A stretch of DNA of 64,000 bases from a virus (lineage: Duplodnaviria; Caudoviricetes), in IMG/VR virus record IMGVR_UViG_3300028591_000098, positions 64,001 through 128,000 of that record. One strand, written 5' to 3'. Both the position numbers and the translations under genes were made by a program. The notes beneath the pieces were generated by a model, which saw only the letters and a list, made by a program, of their open reading frames with translations, was not told where the DNA came from and searched no databases. The stretch's first letter is position 1. Each line of letters begins with the position of its first letter. This document shows, in pieces, positions 56,989 through 64,000 of this stretch.

Positions 56989-59900
56989 ATGACTAATAAA
57001 TCAGATAGAGAAAAAATAACATTTATACAAGGATTTAACGATAGTGATTCAAAAACATTATCCGAAAATTATCCTAATATTATTGTCTTTTCAGAAGATG
57101 GAAAAAATATTTATAAAAATGGTGTTTCATATACATCAACACAAAATATAAATTCAAAAAATAATAGTTTTATATTTGACGATAATATTATATCGTTAGA
57201 CTTAGATAATGATGATATTTTGTTAAGTTTACATAAAAATTCAATTGATACAAAACGATATTTTTATACTGGAATTAATGTTCCTAATTTAGAATGGAAA
57301 ACTAATAAATTAAATCATTATAATATAAAAAATAAAAGTATAAAAAACTTTAAAACTATTAATGATTTTTTAGATAATTCTACTATTTATGAATCAGCTT
57401 ATAATTATTGTTTATTTATAGAGTCTTTGGAAGATAATAATGAAATAATTTTTATTAAAATAAATAATGATGATGATGCAAGTATAACATATAAAAAAAT
57501 TGGAGATAATGATTTTACAATATTATCATTATCAAGTAATATACAATATGATGTTACATTAGGAAAAGGTGAAAGATTATATATTAGTGAAGTTAAAAAT
57601 GTTAATATTACATCAACAACTACATCAGGTACATTTAATATATCTGGTGATTTAAATTTTACAGATGAAGATAATAATAAATTTGATGGATCAAATTTAT
57701 CTAGTTTATTTAAAGATTCTAAGGTTGTTGATGCATCTAAATTAATATTACATAACACATTAACTAAAGGTTGTTATAAATCAATGTTTGAAGGTTGTAA
57801 AGAATTATTATATCCACCAAAATTACCTATAACAAAATTAGAACAATCATGTTATGAATCAATGTTTAAAGGTTGTACATCATTAACGACTGCACCAGAA
57901 TTACCTGCAACAACATTAAAAACTAATTGTTATGCACATATGTTTGAAGGTTGTAGTAAACTTAATTATATTAAAGCATTATTTACAACCGATATTAAAG
58001 ATGAAACAAATAATTATCCTTATACAGAAAAATGGGTTGATGGTGTATATACAACAGGTACATTTATTAAAAGTAATGATTGGAATATATACGATAAAAA
58101 TGATACTATTAAAGACGGTATATTAGGTATTAATGGTATTCCAGAATTATGGAACGATAAAAATGGTTATAGATATAGAGATAATTTTTATAATATGTAT
58201 TTAACCATTGAATGTTTATCTGAACCTGTAATACTTCAGTGGCCAAGTAATGATTATGATAGAATAGATTATAATAACAATAATAATTATGCAACATTAG
58301 AATATTCTTATGATAGAAAGAATTGGGAAACAATATCTTCTAATACTATAAATAAAATACAATTAAATATAAATAATAATCATAATAAAGTTTATTTAAG
58401 AGGTAATAATAACTCATATGAACAATTATCATTAGGAGATTATTCAAATATAATTGAATGTGTATATGATGTAACTTCTACTACAGAAAATACTAAATTG
58501 TTTAATGAAACTAATAATACTGCATCTATATTTAGTTTAATAGAAATAGATGATGTAGAACTTAATAAAGTAGTTAATACATATACATTTAATACCACTG
58601 GAGAACATACAGTTAGATTTACATTAAATGATTTTATTGATAATGAAGATAAGATAAAAACAATTCCGGATAATACATTTTCTGGATGTACTGATCTTAT
58701 TTCTATTATTATTCCAAATCGTGTAAAATTAATGGGAGATAATGTCTTTAATGGTTGTGATAAGCTTACTTCTATAACATGTGATTCATTAATAGCTCCC
58801 GAAATTAGTTCTGAAACATTTAACAATATAGATACGGAAAATAAAGTAAAATTATATATACCAAGTGGATGGGATTTGAATAATATTAATGTACCAGAAT
58901 TTGTAGATTTTGGATTACCTTCAAGAACACTTTGGGCAACAAAAAATCTTGGTGCACAAACTGAAGATGAATATGGATATTATTATCAATGGGCAAGTAC
59001 ATATAATAATTATATTAAAGAAGGAAATAATTTTTCCCCAGCACAATATAATAATACAGATGCTGCAAACTTAAAAGCAAATATAATACCTGGAGGTATT
59101 TATGATACTGCAACATCATTTGATAAAAATTATCAAATGCCATCACATGAAAATTTTCATGAGTTATTTTATAATTCAAAAAATAGTTATAAATGGTGTG
59201 AACATATTAAAGATACATTTGGATATAAAATATACAATAACAATGACCCTAATAATTATATTTTTTTACCTGCCGCAGGAAATTATAATTATGATCAAAA
59301 CTACAATAGGTATGTATTGTCGTACTATAATAATCTTGGTAGATATGGTAGATATTGGGTTACTGAAATTCATTTTAATAATAATTATGCAATAAATCTT
59401 TATTTTGGTGAATATCATATGTATACATTAAATGCACTTGAACGTTTTAATGGATGTTCTATTCGTCCAATAATAAAAAGAACAAATGATGTGAATAAAT
59501 ATTTATGGAAAAAAATATTTAAAAATATAGAAACAAATAAAAATATAAATGATAATAAAGGAACATTTAAAGTTTATGGTAATATAATGTCATTATTTTA
59601 TGGAGATGATTTTAAGAATAAAACAGAAATTCCAAATAATATTTCAGATAATTTACATAATTTTTTTAATAATACAAATATTGTTGATATATCCGATTTA
59701 ATATTACCTGAAGATCTATTAAATAAAGGTTGGGATAAATTAATTGAATTAATGTTTAAAGATTGTAATCATTTAAATTTAGAAAATTTACCACAAAATA
59801 ATTTAGAAATAACTCCAACATATAATGAAAATGAGGAAGAAACTTTTGAATTAAATTTAACAAATGATAATATTTATCGTAAGTATATTTTTGAAAATGA

Positions 59901-60111
59901 AAATGGTTATCAATGTTTTATACTTATACCTGTAGAATGGGAAAATCATTTAATAGTAAATTTTGATGATGAAAAATGGGGAAATGTTTTTAATATTCCA
60001 GAAATTAGTAAAATAAAACAAAATATTATATTAAATGATGGTTGTAAATATAATTTATATGAAACAAAATTTAATTGTAAAAATATAGTTTATAAAATGA
60101 GCTCAATATAG
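56989..60111 (+). CDS. modular adhesin/fibre protein: LRR, BspA and lectin-like (VDFGLPS) domains
   Basis: APELPATTL..CY..MF.GC repeats; BspA LRR; VDFGLPSRTLWATKNLGA...FLPAAG...G.SIRP domain. Confidence 0.75.
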   Translation: MTNKSDREKITFIQGFNDSDSKTLSENYPNIIVFSEDGKNIYKNGVSYTSTQNINSKNNSFIFDDNIISLDLDNDDILLSLHKNSIDTKRYFYTGINVPNLEWKTNKLNHYNIKNKSIKNFKTINDFLDNSTIYESAYNYCLFIESLEDNNEIIFIKINNDDDASITYKKIGDNDFTILSLSSNIQYDVTLGKGERLYISEVKNVNITSTTTSGTFNISGDLNFTDEDNNKFDGSNLSSLFKDSKVVDASKLILHNTLTKGCYKSMFEGCKELLYPPKLPITKLEQSCYESMFKGCTSLTTAPELPATTLKTNCYAHMFEGCSKLNYIKALFTTDIKDETNNYPYTEKWVDGVYTTGTFIKSNDWNIYDKNDTIKDGILGINGIPELWNDKNGYRYRDNFYNMYLTIECLSEPVILQWPSNDYDRIDYNNNNNYATLEYSYDRKNWETISSNTINKIQLNINNNHNKVYLRGNNNSYEQLSLGDYSNIIECVYDVTSTTENTKLFNETNNTASIFSLIEIDDVELNKVVNTYTFNTTGEHTVRFTLNDFIDNEDKIKTIPDNTFSGCTDLISIIIPNRVKLMGDNVFNGCDKLTSITCDSLIAPEISSETFNNIDTENKVKLYIPSGWDLNNINVPEFVDFGLPSRTLWATKNLGAQTEDEYGYYYQWASTYNNYIKEGNNFSPAQYNNTDAANLKANIIPGGIYDTATSFDKNYQMPSHENFHELFYNSKNSYKWCEHIKDTFGYKIYNNNDPNNYIFLPAAGNYNYDQNYNRYVLSYYNNLGRYGRYWVTEIHFNNNYAINLYFGEYHMYTLNALERFNGCSIRPIIKRTNDVNKYLWKKIFKNIETNKNINDNKGTFKVYGNIMSLFYGDDFKNKTEIPNNISDNLHNFFNNTNIVDISDLILPEDLLNKGWDKLIELMFKDCNHLNLENLPQNNLEITPTYNENEEETFELNLTNDNIYRKYIFENENGYQCFILIPVEWENHLIVNFDDEKWGNVFNIPEISKIKQNIILNDGCKYNLYETKFNCKNIVYKMSSI

Positions 60112-60122
60112 AGCTCATTTTT
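60094..60122 (+). terminator. intrinsic terminator
   Basis: AAAATGAGCTC-AATATA-GAGCTCATTTT. Confidence 0.75.
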
Positions 60123-60156
60123 ATTTATTTTTAATTAAATAATTTAATTAATTGTT

Positions 60157-60840
60157 GTGAGTAATAAATACGATAGAGAAAAAATAACATTTATACAGGG
60201 ATTTAATAACGAAGATTCTAAAAAAATATCTAGAAAATGTCCTAATGCTATTGTTTTTTCAGAACCAAAAAAATATAAAGGTATAATATATATAAAAAAT
60301 ATTTATAAAAACAATATACCATATATATCAATACAAGGAATAGATCCGGATAATAATAAATTTATTTTTAATGACAATATTATTTCTTTAGATTTAGATA
60401 ATAAAAATAGTTTATTGAATTTAAATAAAAATGAAATTGAAGTAAAATATTTTTATATTGGATTTGGAGATAGAAAAATATTTTCTAAAGAATCATCTAT
60501 TATTGAGTTTTTTGGATATTATATTTCAAATAATGATAAATATGTAGATGGTGGAAATGAATATCAATTATTTAAAAACAAATTAAATAATTTATTTGAT
60601 AATAAAGAAGATAAAAATAGTATTATATTTTATCCAGCAGTTCCACCCACATATTTAATTATACCAGTAGAATGGGAAAATCATTTAAAAATATATTGTA
60701 ATAATATAAATATTGGTAAATATATTTTTGAAATAGAAAATGTTGAACAAATACAACGAAATATAATATTACAAGATTGTAAATATAATATATATGAATT
60801 GTCTAATTATAATACAATAAAAATTGAGAAGAGTTTTTAA
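60157..60840 (+). CDS. scaffold-only paralog of 56989..60111
   Basis: Shares the N-terminal DREKITFIQGFN and C-terminal IPVEWENHL...CKYN.YE segments; lacks all LRR and lectin modules. Confidence 0.75.
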   Translation: MSNKYDREKITFIQGFNNEDSKKISRKCPNAIVFSEPKKYKGIIYIKNIYKNNIPYISIQGIDPDNNKFIFNDNIISLDLDNKNSLLNLNKNEIEVKYFYIGFGDRKIFSKESSIIEFFGYYISNNDKYVDGGNEYQLFKNKLNNLFDNKEDKNSIIFYPAVPPTYLIIPVEWENHLKIYCNNINIGKYIFEIENVEQIQRNIILQDCKYNIYELSNYNTIKIEKSF

Positions 60841-60855
60841 TTAAACTCTTCTTTT
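60828..60855 (+). terminator. probable terminator
   Basis: GAAGAGTTT...AAACTCTTC followed by a T-run. Confidence 0.6.
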
Positions 60856-60905
60856 ATTATTAAATGTTATTTTTAATAAATAAAAAATGGATTTAATTAA
60901 ATAAT

Positions 60906-63900
60906 ATGAATAATGATAAAAATAAATATGATAGAGAAAAAATAACATTTATACAAGGATTTAATGATAATGATTCAAAAACATTATCTGAAAATTATCC
61001 TAATGCTATTGTCTTTTCAAAACCAAAAAAATATAAAGATATATATATAAAAAATATTTATAAAAATGGTTTTTCATATAATAAAATACAAGGCATAAAT
61101 TCTAATAATATTATACTTGATGATAATAAAATTTCATTAGGTATTGATGATCATGATCTTTTAAATATAAATAAAAATCTAATTATACCAAGATATTTTT
61201 ATACTGGTGCATATAATCCATTTTTTAAAAAATATTTAACATTAAACACAGAAAAATTAAATCATTATAATATAAATAATATTGAAAATTTTAATAATAT
61301 TGATGATGATTTTTTGTGTGAGGAAACAAATGAACAAAATAAATTAAATGAAAATAATTATCTTATAATTGAATCAATAGATAATTATAATAAAATAATT
61401 ATATCAAAAATTGATGAATCTCAACTATCATTAATATCTTATAAAAAAATAGATGATGATAAATTTATAAAACAAAATTTATCTGATGAAAAAATTATAA
61501 TTTTATTAGATAAATATGAAAGATTATATATTAGTAAAGTTGAAAATGTTAATATTAAATCAAGTGGTAAATTTAACGTATTTGGTAATTTAAATAATAA
61601 AAATAATAATGATCAATATTATTTTGAATCACAAAATTTATCTGGTTTATTTAAAGATTCTAAAGTTGTTGATGCATCTAGTTTAATATTGCATAACACA
61701 TTAACTGAAGGTTGTTATAAATCAATGTTTAAAGGTTGTACAGAATTAGAAAAGGCGCCAGAGTTACCAGCAACAACATTAGTAAATAATTGTTATAAAG
61801 AAATATTTTATGGGTGTAGTAAACTTAATTATATTAAAACACAATTTAAACAAAGAAAAAATAATGAAAATAATTTTGAGGATTTAGATGGAACTAATCT
61901 TCCATTATATACATTAAATTGGGTTAAGAATGTAGCTGAAATAGGTACATTTATTAATATATTTATTAAAAGTAATGATTGGAATATATATGATGAAAAT
62001 AATAATATTAAAGATGGTATATTAGGTGTTAATGGTATTCCCAAATTATGGGTTGATGATGAAGAACGCCCATATGATATAAATTTTGGTGGTCCTTATA
62101 TTAAACAATATTTAACTATTGAAAATGTGTCGGATGATATCGCTTCTATTATATTACCAATAGGAGTTTCTTATCGTAAATCAAAAGATATTACTTGGAC
62201 TAAGATTGAATCATCTTCAGAACCTTCAGATAGTATAATTGAATTAAATAATGAAGATAATAAAGTTTATTTAAAAGGTAATTTTAATTCGAATTCATAT
62301 GAAAATGGGAAATTATATCAATCTAATAGTTTTGGAAAATTTATTGTTTATGGTAATATAATGTCATTATGTAATGGTGATGGTTTTAAAGATTCATATA
62401 ATGAAATTAGTTCCAATAATTGTTTTAAAAATTTTTTTAGTAATTTAAACATTATAGATGCAGCTAATTTAATATTACCTGCAACAACAATAACAGATAG
62501 TTGTTATGCATATATGTTTGCTGGTTGTAAAGAGTTAATTACATCACCAGAATTACCAGCAACAACATTAAAAGAATCATGTTATGAATCAATGTTTAAA
62601 GATTGTGAAAATTTAAAAAATGCACCAAAATTAATCGCCACATCATTAGCAAATAATTGTTATAAATCAATGTTTGAAGGTTGTAAAAATTTAAAAAATA
62701 CACCAGAATTAATCGCCACATCATTAGTAAATAATTGTTATGAATCAATGTTTAAAGATTGTACTTCATTAATAAATGCACCAATATTACCCGCAACAAA
62801 TTTAAGTTATGAAGAAAATGGAGAAATAAAAACTGCAGATAATTGTTATACACATATGTTTGAAGGTTGTACTTCATTAACAATTGCACCAGATTTACCT
62901 GCAACAATATTAGTTAATGGTTGTTATATGCATATGTTTGAAGGTTGTACATCATTAACAAGTGCTCCATATTTAACAATAAATGAATTAAGTACTAATT
63001 GTTTTAATTCAATGTTTAATGGTTGTACATCATTAGATTATATAAAATATAATGGATCATATAAAAATGATAATAATCAATTTACAAATTGGCTTAATGG
63101 TGTTGCCGAATCAGGTACATTTGTAAATATAAAAGATGATAATAATATAATAACAGGTTCAGTAGATGGAATTCCTGAAGGTTGGACAAAATATGATTCA
63201 TCATCTAAGCGTCTTATAATCGACCCATTAGAATTAGGTCAATTATTTATAAATAAAGGAACATATGTAAATAATCAAAAAATTAATTATTTAAAGAATA
63301 ATAAAAATATACAATATGAAAGTGATAATAATCATTTAGAAATAAATCTAACCAAACGTGACATAATTATAATTAAATCAATAACAGAAGATCTAAATAC
63401 ACAATTAAATAATATAATTAATGATGAAAATAGTCTTGTTCATATTAGTTCAAATATAAAATTTAATTTGTTTGGAGATCTTAGTTCATATGATTTAATT
63501 AAATTAAATAATTCAAATTATAATTTATTATTATATTTATTTATAAATTCACTTGTATTTGATGCATCTAAATTATGTTTAAAAGAAGGTACTTTAAATG
63601 TAGATACTGATAAATATTGTTATTATAAAATGTTTAAAGGGTGTACCTTATTAACAAATGCACCAAAATTACCCGCAACAACATTAACTGAAGGTTGTTA
63701 TCAATCAATGTTTGAAGGTTGTACATTATTAGAAAAGGCACCAGAGTTACCTGCAATAACATTGGTAAATAATTGTTATCAATCAATGTTTGAAAATTGT
63801 AGTAAACTTAATTATATTAAAGCATTATTTGAAGATATTAAAGAAAATAATAATTATCCTTATACCAAAAACTGGGTTAAAAATGTAGCAGTAAATGGTC

Positions 63901-64000
63901 AATTTATTAAGAGTGATAATTGGAATATTAGTGAAAATAATATTATCAAAGATGGAATATTAGGAGTTAATGGTATTCCAGAATTATGGGTTGATGAACA
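60906..64000 (+). CDS. third paralog of the modular LRR adhesin/fibre family, partial (>1030 aa, runs off the right edge)
   Basis: Not in the ORF track because it has no stop in the window. ATG at 60906 (MNNDKNKYDREKITFIQGFN); same frame at the window end (DGILGVNGIPELWVDE); three LRR modules. Confidence 0.85.
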   Translation, partial: MNNDKNKYDREKITFIQGFNDNDSKTLSENYPNAIVFSKPKKYKDIYIKNIYKNGFSYNKIQGINSNNIILDDNKISLGIDDHDLLNINKNLIIPRYFYTGAYNPFFKKYLTLNTEKLNHYNINNIENFNNIDDDFLCEETNEQNKLNENNYLIIESIDNYNKIIISKIDESQLSLISYKKIDDDKFIKQNLSDEKIIILLDKYERLYISKVENVNIKSSGKFNVFGNLNNKNNNDQYYFESQNLSGLFKDSKVVDASSLILHNTLTEGCYKSMFKGCTELEKAPELPATTLVNNCYKEIFYGCSKLNYIKTQFKQRKNNENNFEDLDGTNLPLYTLNWVKNVAEIGTFINIFIKSNDWNIYDENNNIKDGILGVNGIPKLWVDDEERPYDINFGGPYIKQYLTIENVSDDIASIILPIGVSYRKSKDITWTKIESSSEPSDSIIELNNEDNKVYLKGNFNSNSYENGKLYQSNSFGKFIVYGNIMSLCNGDGFKDSYNEISSNNCFKNFFSNLNIIDAANLILPATTITDSCYAYMFAGCKELITSPELPATTLKESCYESMFKDCENLKNAPKLIATSLANNCYKSMFEGCKNLKNTPELIATSLVNNCYESMFKDCTSLINAPILPATNLSYEENGEIKTADNCYTHMFEGCTSLTIAPDLPATILVNGCYMHMFEGCTSLTSAPYLTINELSTNCFNSMFNGCTSLDYIKYNGSYKNDNNQFTNWLNGVAESGTFVNIKDDNNIITGSVDGIPEGWTKYDSSSKRLIIDPLELGQLFINKGTYVNNQKINYLKNNKNIQYESDNNHLEINLTKRDIIIIKSITEDLNTQLNNIINDENSLVHISSNIKFNLFGDLSSYDLIKLNNSNYNLLLYLFINSLVFDASKLCLKEGTLNVDTDKYCYYKMFKGCTLLTNAPKLPATTLTEGCYQSMFEGCTLLEKAPELPAITLVNNCYQSMFENCSKLNYIKALFEDIKENNNYPYTKNWVKNVAVNGQFIKSDNWNISENNIIKDGILGVNGIPELWVDE

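Noticed and set aside
1-64000. Lak-phage-type TAG-to-Gln recoding
   Set aside because: Long genes are intact in the standard code. TAG ends genes at 699, 18129, 28602, 38932 and 60111, and at 699 and 28602 the next start follows within 2 nt.
1-64000. tRNA or rRNA genes
   Set aside because: No cloverleaf or T-loop signature was noticed, and most intergenic gaps are too short. A tRNAscan-SE run would be needed to exclude them fully.

Overview
A very AT-rich, densely coded 64 kb segment of a large T4-like (myovirus-type) jumbo phage. The host is most likely a gut or rumen Bacteroidota such as Prevotella, inferred from a Bacteroidota-type OmpA, a lipoprotein and a bL12 fragment. Standard genetic code fits, since TAG acts as a stop at tight gene junctions. 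Recognisable genes: T4 gp2-like DNA end protector, gp4-like head-completion nuclease, tail-tube-like and tape-measure-like proteins, collagen and leucine-rich-repeat (LRR) fibre or adhesin proteins, a probable lysis pair, nucleotide enzymes (GMP reductase, dUTPase, endonuclease V, NUDIX, DEDDh exonuclease), a sugar-nucleotide and glycosyltransferase set (UDP-xylose synthase, UDP-galactopyranose mutase, two GT2, one DUF4422-like), and translation-related genes (bS1-like, N-terminal-only bL12, RlmN-like, YqeY). The main discovery is a virion-cargo island at about 21.7-34.6 kb. There, 17 genes with mostly unrelated payloads, plus one more at 42.8 kb, begin with the same 9-10 aa leader ending in (I/L)-x-E. 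This resembles the T4 capsid-targeting sequence. The cargo includes seven DUF285 repeat paralogs with variable repeat number and variable inter-framework residues, plus a NUDIX hydrolase. Two candidate promoter classes and nested domain insertions in the fibre genes are also visible. All functional calls come from motif recognition by eye; no database search was run.
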